A stretch of DNA of 64,000 bases from a virus, in IMG/VR virus record IMGVR_UViG_3300032173_000003, positions 23,021 to 87,020 of that record; one strand, given 5' to 3'. The translations under genes and the position numbers were made by a program. Numbering within the stretch: position 1 is the stretch's first letter; the number at the start of each line of letters is the position of its first letter. The notes under the pieces were generated by a model. The model did no database searches. It saw only the letters and a program-made list of their open reading frames with translations, and had not been told where the DNA came from. Positions 29,321 to 38,815 of the stretch are shown one piece after another.

Positions 29321-30415
29321 TTAGATACCTAAAAGGTTGTCAAGTTGGGTGGGCCTAAGGGAACCTAACCACTGGCTAAAGTTGCCGTATTTGCCAGCAC
29401 GGAGAGCGAAACAAGCCCCAGAAAGTTCTTTGGACTCAGCTAGGACAACTTGGGCAAAGTCCTTCTGGTTAAGGTCTTTGTGGGCCGCAACAGTGGCATT
29501 TACCCAATGTCCCATCGTTTCGATAGAAGCAATGTAGGAATCGAATTGCTCCTTGTACTCGGGGAAATGAAGCAGAAACTCTTCTAGGTCGTCATTGAGA
29601 AACAACTCAGAGAAGTCCGGCTCACCGTTACCACGCACCCTGTGCAACTGGCAATAAACATCAGATTTTGCCTTAGCCCGCCCTGAGCCATCAAAGAGGA
29701 CAAACCCCTCATGGTCTGCTCCACGATTGTTAATCACGGACATCAAACCTTCCATGCTGCCAAAGTCATATGACTTTGCAACTTCGTAACCATGTTGCAG
29801 ACCAAAGTCTTCCAGGTCCAGTTCTTCAAAGTCCTGGGTACGGTCCCTAACAGCAAGCAGCGGTAGCTGCGGCTCAGCGTAATCCACTACAATGCGGTTG
29901 TCACGGTGGCACAGTTCAAAAATGTAGCAAAGGTCTGGATCCAGAACTTCTCGGGAATAACCAACTCCGTCGAAGACGGACCAGAACAACTCAGCAAATG
30001 AGCGCCCAGTCGCACCAACCTCTGCAGCAGCCGCAACTGTACCGGAGGTTGAAACAATCCATTCACCCCCATAGTTGAACATTTTTATTAGCGAGCCATC
30101 ATACTTTTCATAGACCTTGGTACTAGACCAGTCTAGTCCATGACAGTGGCCTTCGCCAACGTTGAAGAACCGGTCGAAAGCATACGCCGCTAGCTTGTAA
30201 CAGCCTGTGCTGTCACGCTCCACTACCGCACCACGGCAAGCGCAAACTAGCGGATTTGATTTATCCGCCAGTATAGAGCCGTATTTCAGGTTGAAGAGAT
30301 TCGGGTAGCGCTCATCTCGGCCGACACGAATGTCGTACTCAGCCAGTTCTTCCAGGGCATTAGAGCCCCGCTCATTCAGCCAGCCAATGAGGTAGTGGCG
30401 AAGATTCAGTTCCAT
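29321..30415 (-). CDS. T4 Rnl1-like RNA ligase
   Basis: CRGAV, FDRFFNVGE, EKYDGSLI, FEL, NRIVVDY, EGFV. Confidence 0.88.
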   Translation of the reverse strand: MELNLRHYLIGWLNERGSNALEELAEYDIRVGRDERYPNLFNLKYGSILADKSNPLVCACRGAVVERDSTGCYKLAAYAFDRFFNVGEGHCHGLDWSSTKVYEKYDGSLIKMFNYGGEWIVSTSGTVAAAAEVGATGRSFAELFWSVFDGVGYSREVLDPDLCYIFELCHRDNRIVVDYAEPQLPLLAVRDRTQDFEELDLEDFGLQHGYEVAKSYDFGSMEGLMSVINNRGADHEGFVLFDGSGRAKAKSDVYCQLHRVRGNGEPDFSELFLNDDLEEFLLHFPEYKEQFDSYIASIETMGHWVNATVAAHKDLNQKDFAQVVLAESKELSGACFALRAGKYGNFSQWLGSLRPTQLDNLLGI

Positions 30416-30445
30416 TGTTTTCAGTGGGTGGTTTACTTTAGTGAA

Positions 30446-30931
30446 TTAATCGTAACAGTACTGCATCCATTCCGGGACCTTGTTAAGGGTGCGGGAAGAG
30501 AATCGGATGTTTGGAGACGTTGGCCTCTTCATCAAAGGGACGCCCCATTCTTCAGGGGTTCGGTTGTCTTTGGTGTTGTTACAATCAACGCAAGCGCACA
30601 CAAGGTTTTGCCACTCATCTTTACCACCCCTTGACTTAGGGATTATGTGGTCAATAGTTAGCACATTCTTGGAGCCCCCGGATGTGCCGCAGTATTGACA
30701 CATGAAGTTATCGCGATGTTTGATTCGCTTGGGCGTGGGCTTACCTGCCATAATCCGGCCGAGGGGTAACCTAACGTAGTTAATCAAGCGGATAACCCTT
30801 TGGGAAACGACCCTCGCCTTGTTCTTCAAGACCAAAATAACTGCTCGGCGCCAGGAAGTTTCGTTGATTGGCTCATACGAACTATTAAGAACCAAGATAG
30901 TTTTTCTGTATGTCAGTTGGAGCGCATCCAT
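30446..30931 (-). CDS. HNH endonuclease (McrA-like)
   Basis: LVLNSSYEP, RDNFMCQYCG, TIDHIIPKSRGG, NLVCACVDCN. Confidence 0.9.
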   Translation of the reverse strand: MDALQLTYRKTILVLNSSYEPINETSWRRAVILVLKNKARVVSQRVIRLINYVRLPLGRIMAGKPTPKRIKHRDNFMCQYCGTSGGSKNVLTIDHIIPKSRGGKDEWQNLVCACVDCNNTKDNRTPEEWGVPLMKRPTSPNIRFSSRTLNKVPEWMQYCYD

Positions 30932-31247
30932 CGGCCTTCTCTCTTTACTTATAGTGAATAATACCTGTGTCAGTTCCGAGCAACTTTTTTATACAAAAAA
31001 GCAAGCAACCCGATAGATAGAGTTCCCAGCATTGCAATGAACAGGGTGTCCACGACAACATTGGGGAAAACTACCGGGTCGCCTGCGGTATTGGCTGGAA
31101 GTCCAGGTTGGTGGCTAGTCATGGGGGTTCCTTGCGGTTCCCACTTATTATAGCACGTTTTACCTGTAAGTCAACCTGCCCTATTGTAGGTTGTTTGCCA
31201 TAAGGTGAACTTGGTGGGGAGTCGTTGTCAACTCCCCAACACTAACA

Positions 31248-32213
31248 TCAGTTTCCGATACGCTTCACAGCAATCCTCGATTTATTGAGAATGCTACCGG
31301 CAAGGGGAACATAACCCAAGTCATCAGCAATCATTTGTGCCTTTGCGCTCAGAGCATAATTAAGTGCCTGTTGAATATCACTTGCTTTCCTAGCACCATT
31401 TCCGGTCTTATAGGCAAGAACCCAAGTCAGAGTAGAAATAGGATAAGCACCAGAAGCAGAAGGGTTGGGATTTTCTCCAGCAAGGTTACTATCAAGTGTA
31501 ATACTATTCAGAGCAATAGCACCAGATTTAGCATTAGGAAGAACAAACTGTCCTGCTTTGTTTTGAATTGCTGCTGCTTGGAGTTTGTTTGCTTTTACGA
31601 ACCCAGTATTCACATAACCAATAGAACCAGGAGTAGTCTTAACAGTACCAGAAACACCTTCGTTACCTTTGCCACCAATGCCAACAGGCCATTTTACTGA
31701 CTTACCAACTCCAGGTTTCCAACCACCAAAAGCATCCAGAGAATTAGTGAATGCAAAAGTAGTTCCAGAACCATCAGAACGATGAACAACGGTCATAGGA
31801 CCTGCAGCACATCCAAGTGCTTTCCAATCCTTGATGCGACCGGAGAATACATCCACAGTTTGCTTCTGAGTGAGTTTCAGAGTGCATCCTGGTTTGTTAT
31901 AAGCAATCGCAATCGTTCCACCTACCATCGGGATTTGAACGACACCACGCTTTACTTTACTTGCCTCTTTTGACGAAATAGGTTCATCAGTTGCACCGAA
32001 ATCAACAGTTCCTGCGACATGCTGACGGACACCAGCACCAGAGCCAACGGACTGGTAATTCACACGGTTTCCAGACGATTGTGCATAATCTTGGAACCAA
32101 CGCTGATAGATTGGTGCCGGGAAGGTTGCACCAGCACCGTTCAGAGCAGGTCCAGCAAGTGTTGCTACAGGAGCAGCAACCATACCTGCAACAATAAGAT
32201 TTTTAAGTTTCAT
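31248..32213 (-). CDS. pstS: phosphate ABC transporter substrate-binding protein
   Basis: LNGAGATFPAPIYQRW, NYQSVGSGAG, HRSDGSGTT, GKGNEGV, YPI. Confidence 0.95.
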   Translation of the reverse strand: MKLKNLIVAGMVAAPVATLAGPALNGAGATFPAPIYQRWFQDYAQSSGNRVNYQSVGSGAGVRQHVAGTVDFGATDEPISSKEASKVKRGVVQIPMVGGTIAIAYNKPGCTLKLTQKQTVDVFSGRIKDWKALGCAAGPMTVVHRSDGSGTTFAFTNSLDAFGGWKPGVGKSVKWPVGIGGKGNEGVSGTVKTTPGSIGYVNTGFVKANKLQAAAIQNKAGQFVLPNAKSGAIALNSITLDSNLAGENPNPSASGAYPISTLTWVLAYKTGNGARKASDIQQALNYALSAKAQMIADDLGYVPLAGSILNKSRIAVKRIGN

Positions 32214-32251
32214 AAAAAGTGAATAACTACAGAGTAATTGTAATGTAAGAA

Positions 32252-32282
32252 AGAACTAAAGTCCACTAAGATTTGGTTAAGA
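32252..32282 (-). promoter_or_regulatory. putative cyanobacterial Pho box upstream of pstS
   Basis: CTTAACC-AAAT-CTTAGTG-GAC-TTTAGTT repeats at about 11 bp spacing. Confidence 0.5.
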
Positions 32283-32336
32283 CAAAAAAAAAGCACCCAA
32301 AGAATGGGTGCTTCTACTCATATTATGAGTTGTTTA

Positions 32337-33815
32337 TCAGAAGGTGAACTTGGTTTGGATTACACCACCCCACTTGTTGGAATCTTGATAACGCTGATTG
32401 TTGTCAACGTAGAAGAGAGCGGGGGTGATGCTGATGTTATCGGTGACTTGGAACTTGTAGAAGAACTCAAGCATCGTAGCATCACTTACACCAGCGGTTT
32501 CGGCAGAAGGTGCTTGTCCAACGGCAATACCAGCGGCATTACCAGCAACAAAAGCATCTTGCCACTGAAGACCAACAAACCACGAATCAGAGTCCGTAGC
32601 ATCGGTAGCGCCAACAGTACCACTGACAAAGTTATAACCATAACCAGCCGAGATAGAAGGAATGAATCCACTCTCGGAAGGTTGCCAGTAAGCGTTCAGA
32701 GCAACGGCATTGGATTCTTGACCATTAACCAGAGCACCATTGGCACCAAGGATACCGTTGTAAGAACGAGGACGGGTGCCCTCAGAACCGTAACGATAGC
32801 CTACACCAACACCCCAGTTAGGGGCCTTATAGCCAACCTGAGCAAGGAAGTTCAGAGCACCATCAGAATCAAAGACACCGGTTTCACTGTCGTCACCGTT
32901 TTGGGCAACATAGATTAGACCAGCAACGATTCCGTTTTTACCGACATACTGAGCACCGACACCAGCACCAGTTGCCTTGTTATAGACACCAGGAGCACCA
33001 GCAACGGCAAAGAAGTCAAGGATTTCCGACTTATATGCGGAAGGAACCCATGCCATCTCAGTGTTACGAACCAAAGGACCAGCAGTCAGAGTTACACCCT
33101 TAGAGACTGGGAACTGATAGTAAAGACGATCAATCTCTACAGAGCTATCGGTAGATTCTGCCTTATCAAGTTTGAACAAAGAAGAACTGGAACCGAATGG
33201 ATCGCTGCTGAAATTACCAGAGCGGAGACGGGTACGAAGCAAATCCTTGCCTGTGAATGAAGTATCAAAGTTCAGACGGAGATCATAGTTAAATGCGGTG
33301 TTGCCAACGTTTCCACCATCATTTGTTTCTAGACCAGGAACTCCACCAAGGACGAAGGTTGCTTCACCTTTGAGTTTGGTTGTGGTTGAGAATTGAGTTG
33401 CCTCAAGTTGCCCAACCTTTGCATCAAGACCATCTACACGGGCAGTAAGAACAGTAAGTTCCGTCTTGAATTCTTTCAGCAGACGCTGAAGTTCATCTGT
33501 AGTTTCAGTCACACGGTCCAAGCAAGCATTTAGAAGTGCTGCTGCTTCGTAACGGGTCATTGCCTGACCACCGACGAAGGTGCCATTAGGATATCCAGCA
33601 ACACAACCATAACGTTGTACCAGATTTTCCAGCGCCTGATATGCCCAATCCGTAGGACGGACATCAGAGAATTGAGTAATACTCGTGACCTGATCCAAGG
33701 GACCTTGGGAGTATTGGTTAACTGCGTTGAGGTTGAGTTCTGAGGCAGAAGCTCCGATGGGGGCTGCTACGCTCAGTGCCGCAACACTGAAGCCAATAAA
33801 AGAGTTGAGTTTCAT
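32337..33815 (-). CDS. som: Som-type cyanobacterial outer-membrane porin (SLH + OprB-like barrel)
   Basis: QVTSITQFSDVRPTDWAYQAL, YGCVAGYP, QFSTTTKLKG, C-terminal TKFTF. Confidence 0.9.
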   Translation of the reverse strand: MKLNSFIGFSVAALSVAAPIGASASELNLNAVNQYSQGPLDQVTSITQFSDVRPTDWAYQALENLVQRYGCVAGYPNGTFVGGQAMTRYEAAALLNACLDRVTETTDELQRLLKEFKTELTVLTARVDGLDAKVGQLEATQFSTTTKLKGEATFVLGGVPGLETNDGGNVGNTAFNYDLRLNFDTSFTGKDLLRTRLRSGNFSSDPFGSSSSLFKLDKAESTDSSVEIDRLYYQFPVSKGVTLTAGPLVRNTEMAWVPSAYKSEILDFFAVAGAPGVYNKATGAGVGAQYVGKNGIVAGLIYVAQNGDDSETGVFDSDGALNFLAQVGYKAPNWGVGVGYRYGSEGTRPRSYNGILGANGALVNGQESNAVALNAYWQPSESGFIPSISAGYGYNFVSGTVGATDATDSDSWFVGLQWQDAFVAGNAAGIAVGQAPSAETAGVSDATMLEFFYKFQVTDNISITPALFYVDNNQRYQDSNKWGGVIQTKFTF

Positions 33816-33864
33816 GCTCTATAGTAAGTTTTCTGTACAGTCCCCTAATAGAGTTTTAGGGGGA

Positions 33865-33936
33865 AGCGGATGATCGGATTCGAACCGACGACGTTTAGCT
33901 TGGGAAGCTAACATTCTACCACTGAATTACACCCGC
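33865..33936 (-). tRNA. tRNA-Gly(CCC)
   Basis: GCGGGTG acceptor, loop TTCCCAA. Confidence 0.95.
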
Positions 33937-34199
33937 ATTGTTTGATTTAGGTTCTTGACCCGGATTCCAACGTCTTGGGTTTCTTCCTCACTCATGGAAT
34001 ACCACAGGGTGTCAAGCTGGTCAAGTAAAGCATCTTCGTTGAAGGAATCTCCGAGTCTTCGAAACTCCAAACACTGGCCTAGTCTTGGCCAGTATTGATA
34101 AACTTTGTTTGTATCATACATTGGAATCACCCTTGAAGATGTTCAACCAGGTTAGTGTAAGCAGGAACATAATAACGCAATCAAGTATGAGAAGTTTCG

Positions 34200-34562
34200 T
34201 CACAGGCGATAGATACAAACATTTGCAAGATCGCTAACGGTAAGACCGAGGCGACTAGCTGCACCGTGAGCGAGGTCAATGATTCGGCCACCGTAGTAAG
34301 GGCCCCTATCGGTAATTTTTACTGAGGCGACCCTACCATTATCTCGGTTTACGACTTTAACCCAGGAACCTAGGGGCAGGTACGGGTGGGCAGCAGTCAT
34401 TGTCCATTTGCGTAGTACCTCGCCGTTAGCGGTCAGGTTCCCGTAAAGACCGGGACCATACCAACTTGCTTGACCACAAACTTTTGCATGAGCTGGGTTG
34501 GTCCCCAAGACCAAAGTTCCAGCAATGCAGATTGGGGCAATAACGTTTTTAAAGAATTTCAT
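34200..34562 (-). CDS. RlpA-like DPBB lytic transglycosylase
   Basis: GQASWYG, TANGE, TAAHPYLPLG, ITDRGPY..RIIDL. Confidence 0.9.
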   Translation of the reverse strand: MKFFKNVIAPICIAGTLVLGTNPAHAKVCGQASWYGPGLYGNLTANGEVLRKWTMTAAHPYLPLGSWVKVVNRDNGRVASVKITDRGPYYGGRIIDLAHGAASRLGLTVSDLANVCIYRL

Positions 34563-34678
34563 GTAATGAGTAAAGAATCAACAATCACGGCTCTGCTTGG
34601 CTACCCAAGTTGGCCTCATTATAGGTGACCTGGTTGGGGTAGTAAAGGGCGGTTGCCCGCCCCCGTTGAAGTTGTTAG

Positions 34679-35389
34679 TTAAGCCCTTGGGGCGACTGGC
34701 TTTTTCAGGTTTTCGCAATTTTCAGAATTACTGAAATTTGATGAAACTTGAAATTCAGTGTCGGTTTTAGGGCACACTCTCACAACCTCCACTGGCTGTG
34801 ACACCATCCTACGAGCATAGCTATGGGCGTAGGAAGTCCTAGCTCCCTTTACCCCCCAGCCAAGCCAGCTATAGGAATAGTTCATGTAGCGATCAATGGA
34901 TTTACCCGGTGTTTTCAGTAAGCCTTCGATCCGCTTCCACTGAGGCTCTGTAACAATGTAGCTTAGTTGAGCTTCAAGAGTGGAAGGGTCCTTTTTAATC
35001 GACCTAGCATGATACCCCAGGCCGTTATAGCGGTCAGAGGAAGTGAACTGAATTAGACCGTATCCGCCACGACGGCAACCGGAATAACTTGTCCGAGCGC
35101 CACCTTCGCAGATGTTAGGTACGAAAGTTGACTCTTGTTTAATATTGCCCATAACTGTGGCAATAGCATTTTTGTCTTTGATTCCCCTCTCTTGAAGGAA
35201 AGCCAAAGTACGATTCTCGTTTTCATTACAACCTTTGCAAATGAAGCGTGAGTCTTTAGTTGGTTCTGGAACAATCTCTAGGATCGCGACTTGCTCAGGT
35301 TTGTTGCTACCGGAAGCAAGAGGTTGGGTCGAAGCGGTTGCAGCAGCCCCAAGTAGGGAAACAGCCACAAGTGTAGTAAGGCTAAGCAT
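34679..35389 (-). CDS. phage tail lysozyme-like cell wall hydrolase
   Basis: AIATVMGNIKQES, GGYGLIQFT, LEAQL. Confidence 0.8.
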   Translation of the reverse strand: MLSLTTLVAVSLLGAAATASTQPLASGSNKPEQVAILEIVPEPTKDSRFICKGCNENENRTLAFLQERGIKDKNAIATVMGNIKQESTFVPNICEGGARTSYSGCRRGGYGLIQFTSSDRYNGLGYHARSIKKDPSTLEAQLSYIVTEPQWKRIEGLLKTPGKSIDRYMNYSYSWLGWGVKGARTSYAHSYARRMVSQPVEVVRVCPKTDTEFQVSSNFSNSENCENLKKPVAPRA

Positions 35390-35842
35390 TTAGTTAAGTA
35401 GAAATCGACATCCGTATAGAGAGCGGTCACTCACCTGTTTCAAGGTGCATTTCTCCACGGCACATTTATTTAAGAGCACAATATTAGGCTCCGAGAATCC
35501 TTCTGCTTAGCAGAAGCCCCCTCATAAAGGGTGTCTTACCTTCGGAAAGGTGGACCGAACTCGCCCTTATTATAGCACGTTAGAGTCGGTTGTAAATCCA
35601 GAATCAATGGGGATGCCTTTACCAAACTATCAACTACCCTTATCACTTAAGGTTGTCATCGATGTTGTTAAGCCAAAGCCAGTCCTCTGGCTTTTTAGCC
35701 ATGACTGCCTGGCTCTCAAAAAGCTGGCCAATCATGTCCCTTTCTTCTCCTTTGGCCAGGTGGTAGAGTTTGCGGGCCGCCAAGCACCGCTTCCTGCTAA
35801 ACTCATTGGTTCTAAGGATTTCTGAAGCCTTGTCGAATAGTT

Positions 35843-37150
35843 TCATTTCATGCCCTCGTTAGTTCCGGCATTAGGTAATGCTTTGTCCACTGTCTCTTTT
35901 ACCCAGTTGTACAAAGGTTCATCGTGGTCTCTTAAGGCTTTAGGGTTGAATGTGTAGGCCACATATGCCTCAGCAAAGGTTTCAAGTTTAGACTCATGGG
36001 CATAGCGGGTTATCCCTGGTGCTAAACCTCTTGTCACGGACGGGCTGTTTTTCGGAGGATCTGACACACCACCCCTGAACTGGATTTGATGACCTACCTC
36101 GTGTACGTAGTTCATCAGTATCCTGTCATTTCCCCTCTCCCCTCTTTTCCCGGAGAAGGTAAAGGTATCTTTATCTAGAGTGGCAATGTCAGTAGATTCA
36201 TTCGCTTTACCCCGCATATCGATCACGCTGGCCACTCTAGATTGAAGTCTGGCTGAGTCTATCTTCTGAGATCTTGAGTAAGGAGTATCCCTATCCACTT
36301 TATTGTCGGCCATAAGAATTAATCGGCCCCCAGGGTTTGTACTCGCTCCAGACCCCGGACTTACAGCCACTACGTCTGCAAAAACTCTAAGCATGGAAGA
36401 TATCTTAGTGGCTGCATTCAGCCTTTTCCTCTCCAGGGATTCTAAAGAATACTCTTGGTCTTCTGTCTTCCACCCCCTCTTCTGCCTCATTTTTATGTTT
36501 TTTATGAGCTTTAGTTGTTCGAGCTTATACTCTCTGTTATGCTCTTTCCAGGACCTAATTCCACCTTTCACCTCCTCCATTGCCTTTGAGAAACTATTTG
36601 ACCAGGATGTATATATTCCGAGAGTTTTGCCCCAAGTTACAAAGTCTATGGACTTGTCCAACATCTCCAGGTACCTACTTGACTGAACCCACCTAGGAAT
36701 CCCCCCACCTTTAAAAGGTGCGTCATTACTGTTTGTACTCACGAATAAAACTTGTTTGTCATCTACAACAAACTTCCTCAACTTGTCGATGTTTTCTCTG
36801 GCCTCCCCAGTTAGGCCCTCAGCCGCTTGGTTCACCATGTTAGCTAAATCCTTACCTGTAAAACTCCTGCCGGGGACCTGAAAAGAATTTTCCTCTAAAT
36901 GTTTAGAGAAGTTAGTAGATAGCTTATCACCTTTGATACTCTTTCTAGAAGACACCATGATAGATGTTTTCTTTAAGGCAGATGACACGGGGTCAGCCAG
37001 CTCTACAGCACATATTTCATGTCTGGCAATGCAGGTAGCTCCGCACGACTTCCCTATCTTACACTTTTTCTTTACCCCTCGCAAAGAAGATAATCTTTTG
37101 GCCTGGGCTCGCTTAGCCTTCTTAATCCTTCGTCTTAGGTCACCATTCAT
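35843..37150 (-). CDS. protein with N-terminal Cys motif and C-terminal zincin HEXXH
   Basis: KKCKIGKSCGATCI; VHEVGHQI; ITRYA..ETFAEAY. Confidence 0.7.
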   Translation of the reverse strand: MNGDLRRRIKKAKRAQAKRLSSLRGVKKKCKIGKSCGATCIARHEICAVELADPVSSALKKTSIMVSSRKSIKGDKLSTNFSKHLEENSFQVPGRSFTGKDLANMVNQAAEGLTGEARENIDKLRKFVVDDKQVLFVSTNSNDAPFKGGGIPRWVQSSRYLEMLDKSIDFVTWGKTLGIYTSWSNSFSKAMEEVKGGIRSWKEHNREYKLEQLKLIKNIKMRQKRGWKTEDQEYSLESLERKRLNAATKISSMLRVFADVVAVSPGSGASTNPGGRLILMADNKVDRDTPYSRSQKIDSARLQSRVASVIDMRGKANESTDIATLDKDTFTFSGKRGERGNDRILMNYVHEVGHQIQFRGGVSDPPKNSPSVTRGLAPGITRYAHESKLETFAEAYVAYTFNPKALRDHDEPLYNWVKETVDKALPNAGTNEGMK

Positions 37151-37410
37151 TGTGCATCGCCCACGGGGGCACAGGATGTAGTAAAGATTATTACCCCCAT
37201 CAAAAGGTAGGTTCGTGTTTCCAGCATAGGGCTGGATGATCTTTGCAATATTTCCTGAATGCGTCTTTTACGGCCTGCCACTCTTCCTTATTTGCAGGTC
37301 TACCTAAAGCAGCAGCAGCCTGAGGTATATTCCACTTTGCTGTGAATAGTTTCCCCATAACTTCTCCGTAACTGCTATCTGGCATGGTGCCGATGTAACC
37401 AAAACCAGTC

Positions 37411-37782
37411 TTACCCAAAAAGACTTACGAGGCGGCGGATGAATGTGAACAAACCCCAAGCAGGCTCGCACTTCCACAGGGGCAAGTGGGAGAGTAGAAA
37501 GCGCTTCCCCTCCGGAACCACACAAGCGAGGGCACTAGGGTTATAGCCGTAGTAGTCAGGGTCGTGGAACTCTTCTGCGTGGACTCCGTGAGCCTTGAGC
37601 ATACTGTACAGGTGCAGAAGTTCGGCCCTGTCCTCCACAGTAATCCAAACGAAGTTGACATTCGGGTCTAGTGGCCCTTCGTTAGTATTAAACCAGTGGC
37701 AGTATTTGACTTGGGCGTGTGCCCCCTGAATAGCTTGTTGGTGTACAGGGAGGTCCCTGCGAGAGATTGCGTAGAAGTACAT
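37411..37782 (-). CDS. peptidyl-tRNA hydrolase Pth2-like protein
   Basis: YAISRRDLP..QQAIQGAHA, FHDPD, SALA, LSHLPL resemble Pth2-fold phage proteins. Confidence 0.6.
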   Translation of the reverse strand: MYFYAISRRDLPVHQQAIQGAHAQVKYCHWFNTNEGPLDPNVNFVWITVEDRAELLHLYSMLKAHGVHAEEFHDPDYYGYNPSALACVVPEGKRFLLSHLPLWKCEPAWGLFTFIRRLVSLFG

Positions 37783-37804
37783 TTTTTGTATAGGCTAGGT
37801 GGGA

Positions 37805-38155
37805 TTAAATACGGTTCAATCTTGTGGCAACCTCTGAAGCATCATTTGCAGCATCATCGACCTTTTGCCTTAACTCGATTATAATGTTTGCAATGTTGTT
37901 ATAAATTGCCCTTTCACTGCGGCTCAGGCCATCCCAACACCCCTCACATTCACCACCCTCTGTGACTTCTGACCCGTTGAAAATTTCCCTGAGGACTTGG
38001 TGGGTGTTCCAATTTTTTAAGTGGTCATAGTAGTCTTCTGGTTTTTTGAAATCAAGCCAAGACAAGCACTCGTAGTCAAGGGGTCCAAACTCTGAAGAAA
38101 GTTTCTTAAGTTTTGTCTTGCCAGAAGGTTTTAGTAGTTTAGGGTCGATTTCCAC
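37805..38155 (-). CDS. hypothetical protein
   Basis: 116 aa ORF. Confidence 0.55.
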   Translation of the reverse strand: MEIDPKLLKPSGKTKLKKLSSEFGPLDYECLSWLDFKKPEDYYDHLKNWNTHQVLREIFNGSEVTEGGECEGCWDGLSRSERAIYNNIANIIIELRQKVDDAANDASEVATRLNRI

Positions 38156-38181
38156 GGTTTACCATTGAGTCATAGACAGTT

Positions 38182-38203
38182 AAAGCAAAGGGGCCGAAGC
38201 CCC
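38182..38203 (-). terminator. intrinsic terminator after tmRNA
   Basis: GGGGC-TTCG-GCCCC-TTTGCTTT. Confidence 0.7.
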
Positions 38204-38204
38204 C

Positions 38205-38490
38205 GTGCAATGAGTCAGAGTGCGGTTGCTCAAACGGCAACGGCAATCCTCTCGAATTTGACGATTTTGTTAGCGTCTATTTTGTGCTTATGCAAGCGGC
38301 TTTCAGTGATTGGCTTGCTGTCGGTCGATTCCAGAGCGGACCCGTGGTGGAGAGGTGGGATTCTAACCCACATTAGACCTTTCCCCATGAGTAATAGTGA
38401 GGGAGAGCGGTCTAAGTTCTCTCAATGGATCCGAGGCGATTCGAACGCCTGTGTCGCTCAGTAGTTACAATCACCTACACCCAGTTTATA
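38205..38490 (-). ncRNA. ssrA: permuted two-piece tmRNA
   Basis: 3' part GAC-AC-AGGCG-TTCGAAT-CGCCT-CGGATCCA (ends 38426) precedes 5' part GGGTCCG-CTCTGGAATCGAC (starts 38343); G3-U70 pair; tag frame 38274-38230 ANKIVKFERIAVAV*. Confidence 0.88.
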
Positions 38491-38815
38491 GCCATATGGT
38501 AGGGCTTTACTTCACGGTTTGTAAGCTAACCAGGTACGATAGATTGGCCCATCATGCTGACGTCATCCAACCCATGGGATGACCTTGTGAGTTGACCGTC
38601 TGGTACACTCGGTGACCTTTCCAGAGCAGTGCAGTTTTGTACTCGTCAGAGAAACGGCGCGGGTCTAGGATGTGGTTTTCGGCTCGTCGGACAGCACAGG
38701 CTGCCAGGTTGATTTTGCTGAAATCAGTCATTGGGTGATTGCCTATCAAAGGTGAGTCAGGGGGACCGGATGGCATCCCCCGTGCCCCACCATCATAGCA
38801 CGTTGGGACCCGAAG

